Source: Desulfobacterales bacterium (lineage in GTDB: Bacteria; Desulfobacterota; Desulfobacteria; Desulfobacterales; UBA5852). From it: a stretch of DNA of 64,000 nucleotides. The DNA lies in assembly GCA_963674755.2 (NCBI GenBank), contig CAXXVS010000003.1:2176001-2240000 (forward strand), written 5' to 3'. Below the pieces are notes generated by a model. That model saw nothing but the letters and a program-made list of their open reading frames with translations. It was not told the origin of the DNA and searched no databases. Position numbers and translations under genes: made by a program. Shown here one piece after another: positions 1 through 8,608 of this stretch (position 1 is the first letter of the stretch; every line of letters begins with the position of its first letter).

Positions 1-730
1 ACAGCATCTGCAAGCGGTGAGAGCTCTTCTTGGTGGTCATTGAGGTTATCTTGCGGGAGAGCCCGGCCGAGGGTATCCCGTCGATCAGCTTGATGAGCAG
101 CATGCCGCCCAGAAAACCGCCGATGTGGGCCCACCAGGCAATGCCGCTGACGGCGGCGTGGGTGACGGCCACACTGATGAACTGGAGCGCAAACCAGATG
201 CCCAGAAACACGAAGGCCGGGATCTCGACGATCCAGGGGAAGATAATGATGGGAATCAAGGTCAGGATCCTGGCCCGGGGATAGAGCAGGAAATAGGCGC
301 CCATAACGCCGGCGATGGCCCCGCTGGCCCCGATGGTGGGGGCCTGGGAGTGAAGGTTGAGTGCCAGGTGAAAGAGGCCCGAGACTAAACCCGCTGTCAG
401 GTAGAACGCCAGATAGCGCAGATGACCCAGGTGGTCTTCCACGTTGTCGCCGAAGATCCAGAGGCTCCACATGTTGAAGATGATGTGCAGATAGCCTCCG
501 TGCAGGAACATGTAGGAAAACAGGGAGAACAGGTTGCTTGGTGTGCCGAAATAGGCGGCCAGGGAAGGGTCGCTGAATTTGGCCGGCACGAGCCCGTAGG
601 TAAAGATGAAGCGGTTCAGGTTGGGGCCCAGGGAGAGCTGGATCAGGAAGACCACGACGTTGATCCCGATCAACAGGTTGTTGACGACGGGATAGTTCTG
701 GGAGCGGATATTGTCGCGCAGCGGGATCAT
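1..730 (-). CDS. Rhomboid-family intramembrane serine protease (3' end runs off the window)
   Basis: Manual minus-strand translation from ATG at 730: MIPLRDNIRS...MFLHGGYLHIIFNMWSLWIFGDNVED...GASGAIAGVMGAY...AWWAHIGGF, carrying the rhomboid GxSG and catalytic His motifs. Absent from the ORF track because no stop codon lies in the window. Confidence 0.92.
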   Translation of the reverse strand, partial: MIPLRDNIRSQNYPVVNNLLIGINVVVFLIQLSLGPNLNRFIFTYGLVPAKFSDPSLAAYFGTPSNLFSLFSYMFLHGGYLHIIFNMWSLWIFGDNVEDHLGHLRYLAFYLTAGLVSGLFHLALNLHSQAPTIGASGAIAGVMGAYFLLYPRARILTLIPIIIFPWIVEIPAFVFLGIWFALQFISVAVTHAAVSGIAWWAHIGGFLGGMLLIKLIDGIPSAGLSRKITSMTTKKSSHRLQML

Positions 731-755
731 GGTCTTCCGGTCGGCCGGGGAGCTG

Positions 756-1598
756 TCAAGGCCGGTTGACGATATTCATGCTGATGTCCACCGCCACGGC
801 GGAATGGGTCAGGGCGCCCACCGAGACGATATCCACCCCCAGGGCGGCAAGATCCGCCAGGGTGTCGCGGGTCACGCCGCCGGAAACTTCCACCAGGGCC
901 CGGCCGTCGATGCGGCGTACGGCTTCCTGAATGGTTTCCGGGCCCATGTTGTCGAGCATGATGATATCGGCTCCGGCGGCCGCGGCTTCTTCGGCCTGGT
1001 CCGCCGTTTCGACTTCGATTTCCAGTTTGAGGGTATGGGGCGCCGACCGCCGGGCTTTCTCCAGGGCGGCCCGGATGCCGCCGCAGATGGCCACGTGATT
1101 GTCCTTGATCAGGATGCCGTCGCTCAGACTCATGCGGTGGTTGGCGGCCCCGCCGATGCGTACCGCGTATTTTTCCAGGGCGCGCCAGCCCGGAGTCGTT
1201 TTGCGGGTATCCACCAGGCGGATCTTCCCGGCCGGCAGGGCTTCCAGGAACCCGTGCACATGGGTAGCAATGCCCGAGAGGCGCTGCAGGAAATTCAAGG
1301 CGGTCCGCTCGCCGGTGAGCAGCGGCTGCAGGCGCCCGGAAATTGTCATCAGGCAGGTGCCCGGAGAGTGTCGGTCGCCGTCCCGGCATTCCCCTTCAAA
1401 TCGCAGGTCCGGATCCAACCGCCGGAAAACCGTCCGGGCGACGGCCAGCCCCGCCAGGACGAGCGGTTCCTTGGCGACCATTTCCGCCTGTCCCTCGGCG
1501 TCGGCCGGAATCAGGGTTTCGGTGGTGATGTCGCCGGTTCCGATATCCTCTTCCAGGGCCAGATCGATCAGGCGATTCAGGTGCAGCATGGACGCCAT
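756..1598 (-). CDS. nadC: Nicotinate-nucleotide pyrophosphorylase (carboxylating)
   Basis: Motifs ALEEDIGTGDITT, ERTALNFLQRLSGIAT, DTRKTTPG, HRMSLSDGILIKDNH, EVSGG; GGGGAG RBS before the ATG at 1598. Confidence 0.97.
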   Translation of the reverse strand: MASMLHLNRLIDLALEEDIGTGDITTETLIPADAEGQAEMVAKEPLVLAGLAVARTVFRRLDPDLRFEGECRDGDRHSPGTCLMTISGRLQPLLTGERTALNFLQRLSGIATHVHGFLEALPAGKIRLVDTRKTTPGWRALEKYAVRIGGAANHRMSLSDGILIKDNHVAICGGIRAALEKARRSAPHTLKLEIEVETADQAEEAAAAGADIIMLDNMGPETIQEAVRRIDGRALVEVSGGVTRDTLADLAALGVDIVSVGALTHSAVAVDISMNIVNRP

Positions 1599-1804
1599 GG
1601 CCAACTCCCCTTGGGCCCCCGAAACCGAGTCTGAAGAATCGGGGGATCTTATACCCCTAACTGTTTAACATAGACCACCCGGCCGATGCGCGGCACGGGA
1701 CAAGGGGGCATACAAAAACCAACAGCAAAAAGTTTTCAAACCCGCTTTGAGGAAATTCCAGAGGTCTCCCGCTACATGGGAAGAGACGCACTTGTCCCAT
1801 TTCT

Positions 1805-4468
1805 TCACGACGCCAGGGCTTCGATTCGCGCCAGGTGCGTTTCCAGGGTTTCGCGTTTTTCCGAGAAGGCGGCCTGCTGGCGTTTCACCTTCTCCACCAC
1901 GGCCGCGGGGGCCTTGTTCAGAAAGTCTTCGTTGCCGAGTTTTTTGTTCAGGGTAGCCAGCTCGTTATCGATCTTTCCGATTTCTTTGGTAAGGCGGGCG
2001 GCCTCCTGGGCGAAGTCGATAATGCCCTCCAGGGAGACGAACAGGGTGGCCCCTTCGATCACGCTGGTGGCCGCGGCCCGGGGTTTGGCACCGACCGGCG
2101 CCACGACCATCTGTTCCAGCCGGGCCAGGTTGGCCACCAGATCCTGATGGTCATTCAACTGACGACGGATGTCGGCATCGTCCGTCTGGACCGTGACGTT
2201 GAGCTTCATGGCCGGGGCGATGTTCATCTCCCCGCGGATGTTGCGGATGCCGGTGATGACGTCCATGATGAGCTGCATGGCCGTCTCGGCCGCGGGGTCT
2301 TCAATGATATCCGTGGCGCCGGCGGCATCGGCCGGGAAAGCGGCTCGCATGATATCGCCCCGGGTGCCGGGCAGCTTCTCCCAGATTTCTTCGGTCACAA
2401 AGGGAATGATGGGATGGAGCAGGATCAGGGTGTCGTGCAGCACCCGGTAGAGGGTTCCCAGGGTGGCCTGCTGGCGGTCATCGCCCTGGTTGCCGTAGAG
2501 GGCCGGTTTGATGGCTTCCAGGTACCAGTCACAGAACTCGTGCCACACGAATTGGTAGAGGGTTGCCGCCGCATCGTTGAAGCGGTAGTCGTCCAGGGCC
2601 CGGCCGGTGTCCTCGATCAGCCGCCGCAGGCGGGAGAGGATCCAGCGGTCGGGCACGCTGAGCTGCTCCCGGCGTGCCAGGTCCACGGGCTTCGTCAGGT
2701 GCATCAGGGCGAAGCGGGCCGCGTTCCAGAGTTTATTGATGAAATTGCGGTAGCCCTCGACACGCTTTTCCGACATCTTGATGTCCCGTCCCTGGGCCGC
2801 AAAGGCGGTCAGGGTGAAACGGAAGGCATCCGTGCCGTAGACGTCGATCACGTTCAGGGGATCGATCACGTTGCCCTTGGACTTGCTCATCTTCTTGCCG
2901 TGCTCGTCCCGCACCAGGGCATGCACGTAGACGTCGCGAAACGGCACATCGCCCATGAAGTGCAGCCCCATCATCATCATGCGGGCCACCCAGAAGAAAA
3001 GGATGTCGAAGCCGGTCACCAGGGTCGAAGTGGGGTAGAAAGTCTTGAGCAGTTTAGTCTGCTCGGGCCAGCCCATGGTGGAGAAGGGCCATAGGGCCGA
3101 GCTGAACCAGGTGTCGAGCACGTCGGTCTCGCGGGTCAGCCGGTTGTCGCCGCAGTGGGGGCAGGTGGTGGGGTCTTCCATGGCCACGATGGTCTCCCCG
3201 CAGGCCTCGCAGGTCCAGGCCGGGATCTGGTGTCCCCACCAGATCTGGCGCGAGATGCACCAGTCGCGGATATTATCCATCCAGTCGTAGTAGGTCTGGG
3301 TCCAGGTGGCGGGGATGATGGTGGTGCGCCCGTCTTCCACGGCCTGGATGGCCTTTTGCGCCAGGGGTTTGACTTTGACGAACCACTGGGTGGAGAGATT
3401 CGGTTCCACCACGGTCTTGCAGCGGTAGCAGTGGCCCACGCTGTGCTTGAGGGGCTCGATCTTCACCAGGAGCCCCTCTTCCCGCAGGGCCGCCACAACG
3501 GCCTCGCGGCAGGCGAAACGGTCCATCCCGGCAAAGTGGCCGGCCTCTTCCGTCATATTGCCGTCGTCGCCGATCACCTTGATGCTGGGCAGTTCGTGGC
3601 GGCGGCCGATCTCGAAGTCGTTGGGGTCGTGGGCCGGGGTGACCTTCAGGGCCCCGGTGCCGAATTCCAGGTCCACGTAGCTGTCACGGATGATGGGAAT
3701 GGTCCTTCCCATGAGGGGCAGGGTCACCTGGGCGGCCGTGAGACCCGCATAGCGTTCGTCGTCCGGGTTGATGGCCACGGCCGTGTCCCCCAGCATGGTC
3801 TCGGGCCGGGTGGTGGCCACCACGATGTCGCCTTCGGCGCCCACATAGGGATAGCGGATGTGGTAGAGGTGGCCGTCCACCTCTTCGTGCTCCACCTCGA
3901 GGTCCGCCAGGGCCGTGTGGCAGCGGTGGCACCAGTTGATGATGTAGTCGCCGCGGTAGATCAGGCCTTCCTCATAGAGCTGCACAAAAACCTTGCGCAC
4001 GGCCTGGGACAGGCCGCTGTCCATGGTAAATCGTTCCCGGGGCCAGTCGCAGGAGGCGCCCAGGCGTTTGAGCTGATTGATGATGGCGCTGCCGTATTCC
4101 TTGCGCCAGGACCAGACCGCTTCGATGAATTTTTCCCGACCCAGGGCGTGGCGGTCGGTACCCTCCTCGGCCAGCTTGCGTTCCACCACGTTCTGGGTGG
4201 CGATGCCGGCATGGTCGGTCCCCGGCATCCAGAGGACGTTGTCGCCTCGCAGCCGGCGGTAGCGGCAGAGGATGTCCTGCATGGTGATGTTCAGGGCGTG
4301 GCCCATGTGAAGCACCCCGGTGACATTGGGCGGGGGGATGACGATGGAATAGGCAGGGGCGTCATCTTCCTCCCGGGCCGCGAAAGATCCGTTGGCTTCC
4401 CAATGCTGGTACCACTTGCGCTCCACTTCGTGGGGTTCGTATCCCTTGGCTAAGACATCCTCGTTCAT
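1805..4468 (-). CDS. valS: Valine--tRNA ligase
   Basis: PPPNVTGVLHMGH (HIGH-like), DWCISRQIWWGH, KMSKS, C-terminal coiled coil; 887 aa. Confidence 0.99.
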   Translation of the reverse strand: MNEDVLAKGYEPHEVERKWYQHWEANGSFAAREEDDAPAYSIVIPPPNVTGVLHMGHALNITMQDILCRYRRLRGDNVLWMPGTDHAGIATQNVVERKLAEEGTDRHALGREKFIEAVWSWRKEYGSAIINQLKRLGASCDWPRERFTMDSGLSQAVRKVFVQLYEEGLIYRGDYIINWCHRCHTALADLEVEHEEVDGHLYHIRYPYVGAEGDIVVATTRPETMLGDTAVAINPDDERYAGLTAAQVTLPLMGRTIPIIRDSYVDLEFGTGALKVTPAHDPNDFEIGRRHELPSIKVIGDDGNMTEEAGHFAGMDRFACREAVVAALREEGLLVKIEPLKHSVGHCYRCKTVVEPNLSTQWFVKVKPLAQKAIQAVEDGRTTIIPATWTQTYYDWMDNIRDWCISRQIWWGHQIPAWTCEACGETIVAMEDPTTCPHCGDNRLTRETDVLDTWFSSALWPFSTMGWPEQTKLLKTFYPTSTLVTGFDILFFWVARMMMMGLHFMGDVPFRDVYVHALVRDEHGKKMSKSKGNVIDPLNVIDVYGTDAFRFTLTAFAAQGRDIKMSEKRVEGYRNFINKLWNAARFALMHLTKPVDLARREQLSVPDRWILSRLRRLIEDTGRALDDYRFNDAAATLYQFVWHEFCDWYLEAIKPALYGNQGDDRQQATLGTLYRVLHDTLILLHPIIPFVTEEIWEKLPGTRGDIMRAAFPADAAGATDIIEDPAAETAMQLIMDVITGIRNIRGEMNIAPAMKLNVTVQTDDADIRRQLNDHQDLVANLARLEQMVVAPVGAKPRAAATSVIEGATLFVSLEGIIDFAQEAARLTKEIGKIDNELATLNKKLGNEDFLNKAPAAVVEKVKRQQAAFSEKRETLETHLARIEALAS

Positions 4469-4491
4469 GCAACCGGCTCCTTCTTAAATTG

Positions 4492-4517
4492 AAAAAGGGG
4501 ATTATAAAATAATCCCC
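4492..4517 (-). terminator. Intrinsic terminator-like hairpin between the PopZ-like gene and valS
   Basis: Minus strand reads GGGGATTAT-TTT-ATAATCCCC-TTTTT. Confidence 0.65.
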
Positions 4518-4558
4518 ACTGTCGCTTGCGCTCGTATGACATATGACCGTCGGCGCGG

Positions 4559-5344
4559 TCAGGGTTCTTCGGATGCGTCTCCGAGCAGCTGTTCCTTGAG
4601 GCGTGTAATTTCGGCTGCTACGGTTTTCTCGATCGCTTCGTTCAGCAGATGGTCGATCTTTTCAGCGAACATCTTGCGGATGACGTTTTCCAGGGCCGTC
4701 TCCAACGCTTCGGACGGCAGGGTGGTCGGTGCGCCCAACTCATCCTCCACCGCTGGTGGTTTGGGCGGTTCTTCGGCCAGCTTGGCGTCCAGCAGATCGA
4801 TGGCGTCGGAGAGTTCCTGAGTGCTCAGATTGAAGTCCAGTTCACCGGCATCCTCCTCGGAAGGCAGCAGATCGGCTTCCAGGTTCATGCCCAGGGAGTC
4901 GAAAAGCCCGCCATCGGAGCGCTCTTCGATATCGAGTTCCATATCGGCGAACTCCAGCTCCCCGCCGGTGGATTCCTCGACCTCGGCTTCCACCGCGACG
5001 GGCGCGTCCTCATCTTCTTCCAGGAATGACAGCTCCGCCATCTCTTCCACGGAAGCCGGTTCGGCCTCCGCTTCCACCTCTTCGACAACCACCGGTTCCG
5101 TCAAATCGATGATCGGTTCCTCGACCGGGGCTTCCTCCGTGGGCGGCTGTTCATCCGCCGGGATATCGACCACGTCGGTCAGTTCGATCACGACATCCTC
5201 GCCGGCGTTCTCCTCGACAACCTCTGTCAGGTCGATGATGTCTTCGTCGTCGGCACCCGATGCCGCCACCACGTCCGTCAATTCGATGATGTCGTCGGCA
5301 TCTTCCATTTTAGATGGGTCCTGCGGGGGGCGTTGATCGGTCAT
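4559..5344 (-). CDS. Highly acidic, largely disordered protein; PopZ/DUF2497-like
   Basis: D/E-rich 261 aa with four I(E/D)LT(D/E) motifs and a C-terminal helix LENVIRKMFAEKIDHLLNEAIEKTVAAEITRL; lies directly upstream of valS. Confidence 0.6.
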   Translation of the reverse strand: MTDQRPPQDPSKMEDADDIIELTDVVAASGADDEDIIDLTEVVEENAGEDVVIELTDVVDIPADEQPPTEEAPVEEPIIDLTEPVVVEEVEAEAEPASVEEMAELSFLEEDEDAPVAVEAEVEESTGGELEFADMELDIEERSDGGLFDSLGMNLEADLLPSEEDAGELDFNLSTQELSDAIDLLDAKLAEEPPKPPAVEDELGAPTTLPSEALETALENVIRKMFAEKIDHLLNEAIEKTVAAEITRLKEQLLGDASEEP

Positions 5345-5507
5345 GGAACCCTCTTACATGAAATGATCGATGGATAAGCCGCCTGTTCGTTTACCTAAAT
5401 CGGTCGAACGCTACCACAGGGGGGGTAACGTGTCAAGGCGACGGAGCGGCTGGAAACGCCGTCAAAAAAGGATTTACAGAACCTGTAGACCATTCTAATT
5501 TGGGCCC

Positions 5508-6305
5508 ATGCGCTATTTTTTTGTCGAACCGGAAGAGCTGGCCCGCCCGATGGTTACGATCACGGGGGCGGAGGCCCGCCACATGGGCAAGGTGCTGCGC
5601 CTCAGGCCCGGCATGGTGGTGGGCCTGTCCGATGGCGGCGGCCTGCAGGGCGAGGCCCGTATCGCGAAAATGTCCCGGGAGCAGGTGGAGCTGGCGGTGC
5701 TGCGGCGCTACCCCTCGCCGCGCGAGCCCCGGGGAGAGCTCATGATCGCCCAGGCCATGCTCAAGGACCAAAAGATGGACCTGCTGGTGCGTCAGCTGAC
5801 CGAACTGGGTATGACGGCCTGGCAGCCCTTCATCTCGGCGCGCTCCGTGGCCCAGCCGGATCCCCGCCGCCAGGCCGCGCGCAGCGAGCGCTGGGAGCGC
5901 ATTGCCCGGGAGGCGGTCAAGCAATGCCGCCGGGGGCGGGTGCCGGCCATCGGCTCGGTGGGGCGCTTAACAGATGTACTGGACGCCGGCCGGCGGTTCG
6001 CAACCAGAATCATGTTCTGGGAGGGGGCCCGCCAGCCCCTGCCCGGGGAAGTGGAGACCACCGGGAACGATCCCGGCACGGTGCTCGTGGCGGTGGGCCC
6101 GGAAGGCGGGTTCACCGAAGAGGAAGCGGCCGCCGCCGAAGAAGCCGGCTTCCGGCTGGCCAGCCTGGGGCCGCGCATCCTGCGGGCGGAAACCGCGGCC
6201 CTCGCCGCCTGCACCCTGGCCCAGCACCTTTATGGCGATTTAACCCAGGCTCCGCCCATGGAAGGCGATCAAACCAGTGCTGACGGGGCCTGGGAATCAT
6301 TATAG
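5508..6305 (+). CDS. rsmE: 16S rRNA (uracil1498-N3)-methyltransferase
   Basis: HMGKVLRL, TELG, EAVKQCRR, VGPEGGF, LGPRILRAETA SPOUT motifs. Confidence 0.97.
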   Translation: MRYFFVEPEELARPMVTITGAEARHMGKVLRLRPGMVVGLSDGGGLQGEARIAKMSREQVELAVLRRYPSPREPRGELMIAQAMLKDQKMDLLVRQLTELGMTAWQPFISARSVAQPDPRRQAARSERWERIAREAVKQCRRGRVPAIGSVGRLTDVLDAGRRFATRIMFWEGARQPLPGEVETTGNDPGTVLVAVGPEGGFTEEEAAAAEEAGFRLASLGPRILRAETAALAACTLAQHLYGDLTQAPPMEGDQTSADGAWESL

Positions 6306-6427
6306 CCGGTTGGGACAGTCCTAAAATGGCTTGACAGATCAAGTGGGCTGTGCAATAAGCGTTTCCGTTTTCAGCGAACCCGCACAGGTCGATTCCGGGA
6401 GAGCCGAAACATCACCACAGGCAGTTG

Positions 6428-6503
6428 GCCGAGGTAGCTCAGGCGGTAGAGCAGGGGACTGAAAATCCCCGTGTCGGCAGTTCAAATCTGTCCCTCGGCA
6501 CCA
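6428..6503 (+). tRNA. tRNA-Phe (GAA)
   Basis: 76-nt cloverleaf GCCGAGG...GGGGA-CTGAAAA-TCCCC...TTCAAAT...CCTCGGC-A-CCA with encoded CCA. Confidence 0.98.
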
Positions 6504-6509
6504 CATATC

Positions 6510-6542
6510 AAGGGCTTAGCTCGTTCGGGCTAAGCCCTTTTT
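6510..6542 (+). terminator. Intrinsic terminator after tRNA-Phe
   Basis: AAGGGCTTAGCTCG-TT-CGGGCTAAGCCCTT followed by a T run. Confidence 0.85.
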
Positions 6543-6584
6543 ATTTGGGAAAAGCATGTGGGAGCAAGCAATCCGGACCATATA

Positions 6585-6662
6585 TCTCACGCCAAGGCGC
6601 AAAGGACGCCAAAAAAATCAGAACGAAACGATGTCTCACGCAAAGCCGCAAAGAACGCAAAG
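6585..6662 (+). repeat. Two direct copies of a 29-bp extragenic repeat (TCTCACGCNAAGNCGCAAAGNACGCNAAR)
   Basis: Copies at 6585-6613 and 6634-6662; a degenerate inverted copy at about 6765-6790 and a degenerate direct copy at 14689-14717. Confidence 0.7.
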
Positions 6663-6814
6663 AAAGTCAAAACCAAAGGGGTATTTGGCCTCCGGCCAAT
6701 GCGAACCACTTCCTTTTCTGGAATCAAGCAACCCAGAAAAAGAAGTATGCTTTTAAAAGCAGTTCCTGGCGAGTTTGGCAGCTTGGCAAGCGGCGAAGTT
6801 ACAGTAGTAAGTGA

Positions 6815-6936
6815 TTGACAACCATAAAGTTTTCCATCAAAATACGATGTAATATAATTGAAGGAAAACAACCGCAAGGCGATCGCATTGTAACGGTTTT
6901 CCATCAAACAGGAAGTTGTGCCAGATGAAGGAAAAC
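6815..6936 (+). promoter_or_regulatory. Sigma-70-like promoter overlapped by a duplicated inverted-repeat site
   Basis: TTGACA (6815)-N17-CAAAAT (6838); GTTTTCCATC-N21-GAAGGAAAAC at both 6829-6869 and 6896-6936. Confidence 0.65.
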
Positions 6937-7977
6937 CATCTCCAGCCTAAAGAATGGACCGATAATCAGCGGCGAATATTTCTGGATAGCGCCCAACTCT
7001 ATGAAGCTTATATCGCCGCCTTCCGAGAAAACCGCGCCTATCGCGGCGGTATGCACTGGAAGAAAGCGAAGGGCAAAGACTATTTGTTCCGATCCAGGGA
7101 TCGCTTTGGCTACGGGAAAAGTCTGGGACCGCGATCTCCGGAGACCGAGAGGGTCCTTATGGAGTTTCGCACCGGCAAGGAGCGAAGCCAAGAGCGCTTA
7201 AAGACCTTAAAGGGTAGGCTCCGGGAGCAGGCCCGCTTTTGTCGTGCGGCCCAGATTCAACGCGTGCCCCGAACCGTTGCCGGCATTCTTCGGATGCTGG
7301 ATCAGTACGGACTGCTGGGTCGCAATCTGAGCATCATCGGAACGAATGCCCTGTATGCCTACGAAGCGGCTGCCGGCGTGTTTGTGGATCGCCCCATTCT
7401 GGCAACCCAGGACATGGATCTCCTCTGGGATATCAAGGCGCGCCTGAAGCTTGCTACGGAGAGGGATCAGCCGCCGCCGGGTCTCATCGATATCCTGCGC
7501 AAGGCCGACCGCTCGTTCGATCTCCATGGCGGTCAGCGGTTTCGTGCGGTCAACAAGGAAGGCTATCTCGTGGATCTGGTGAAGCCGGAACCCAAAAACC
7601 TCATGGCTGTGGAACGCCGGCGTCTGGGCGAGGCCGGTGATCTGGAGGCGGCCGAGATAAGCAGTCTGCAGTGGCTGCTGTCGTCGCCGAAATTCAGCCA
7701 GGTCGTCATTGGGGACGACGGTTATCCTGCCACCATGACCTGCCCCGATCCCCGGGCCTTCGCCTTCCATAAAATATGGCTGAGTGAACGTAACGACCGC
7801 AATCCGCTGAAAAAGACGCGGGATCGCCACCAGGGGCTTACGGTGGCCTATCTGCTGGCGCGCTACATGCCGCAGTACAAGTTTGCCGCTGAAGAAATGA
7901 AGATGTTTCCCAAAGATGTGTTCGATCTGGCCGGCAAAGAAATCTCCGAGATGGATTTGCCGCCGGAGTTTGGTTAG
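6925..7977 (+). CDS. GSU2403-family (NTP_transf_8-like) nucleotidyltransferase-fold protein
   Basis: N-terminal YRGGMHWK..GKDYLFR..KSLGPRSPETE; NTase-like IIGTNALYAYEA...ATQDMDLLW; PDPRAFAFHKIWLS...KKTRDRHQ. Confidence 0.8.
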   Translation: MKENHLQPKEWTDNQRRIFLDSAQLYEAYIAAFRENRAYRGGMHWKKAKGKDYLFRSRDRFGYGKSLGPRSPETERVLMEFRTGKERSQERLKTLKGRLREQARFCRAAQIQRVPRTVAGILRMLDQYGLLGRNLSIIGTNALYAYEAAAGVFVDRPILATQDMDLLWDIKARLKLATERDQPPPGLIDILRKADRSFDLHGGQRFRAVNKEGYLVDLVKPEPKNLMAVERRRLGEAGDLEAAEISSLQWLLSSPKFSQVVIGDDGYPATMTCPDPRAFAFHKIWLSERNDRNPLKKTRDRHQGLTVAYLLARYMPQYKFAAEEMKMFPKDVFDLAGKEISEMDLPPEFG

Positions 7978-8419
7978 ATATCTGGGCCGAAGGTATCGCC
8001 TTAAAATCGACCGATATCAGGCGTACAAAGAAATCAAGCTAACGCGTGGGTTTTTCCATATCCAGGTGAAGGATAGCGGATCGCCGGAACAGATCAAACA
8101 GATGATGGATAGCTGGTATGCCGATAAAACGGCCATGAAGTTTCAGGAAAGTTTCGATCGTTGTTGGCAGCGGTTTAATGATTTGGCTGCTGCTAAGCCC
8201 CTGATGGTGATTCGCCGAATGAAGAAACGCTGGAGCAGCTTATCGAAAAACGGGCGGTTGACGCTCAACACCGATCTAATTCAAGCCCCAAAGGACTACA
8301 TCGATTATGTCATTACACATGAATTGTGCCACCTCCGGTTCCACGACCATGGCCCAAATTTTTGCCGGCTCCTGGAACATATGATGCCGGATTGGGAACG
8401 ACGCATTTCTATGGTTTAG
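7976..8419 (+). pseudogene. 5'-truncated M48/YgjP (DUF45) metallopeptidase fragment
   Basis: RYLGRRYRL...MKKRWSSL...IDYVITHELCHL..HDHGPNF...MPDW. Similarity begins right at the stop codon of the upstream gene and the usual N-terminal region and start are missing. Confidence 0.75.
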
Positions 8420-8608
8420 GGCTAACCGACAACAACAAGGGGATAACAGGATGTCCACTCAAAAATTAATATCCGGCTTTGGCTTGAGTCAATGAAACAT
8501 CGACAAGACGCCTTGAACTTCGGTATGCCCATGGGAAAAAATTGATTCCCATCCGGAAGATGAACCTTTTGGCGGCCAGCGCGACTTAAGGTTTAGGTAG
8601 GAAACAAA

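Noticed and set aside
4469..4558. T-box riboswitch for valS
   Set aside because: The spacer is only about 90 nt and has no TGGNACC T-box or stem I.
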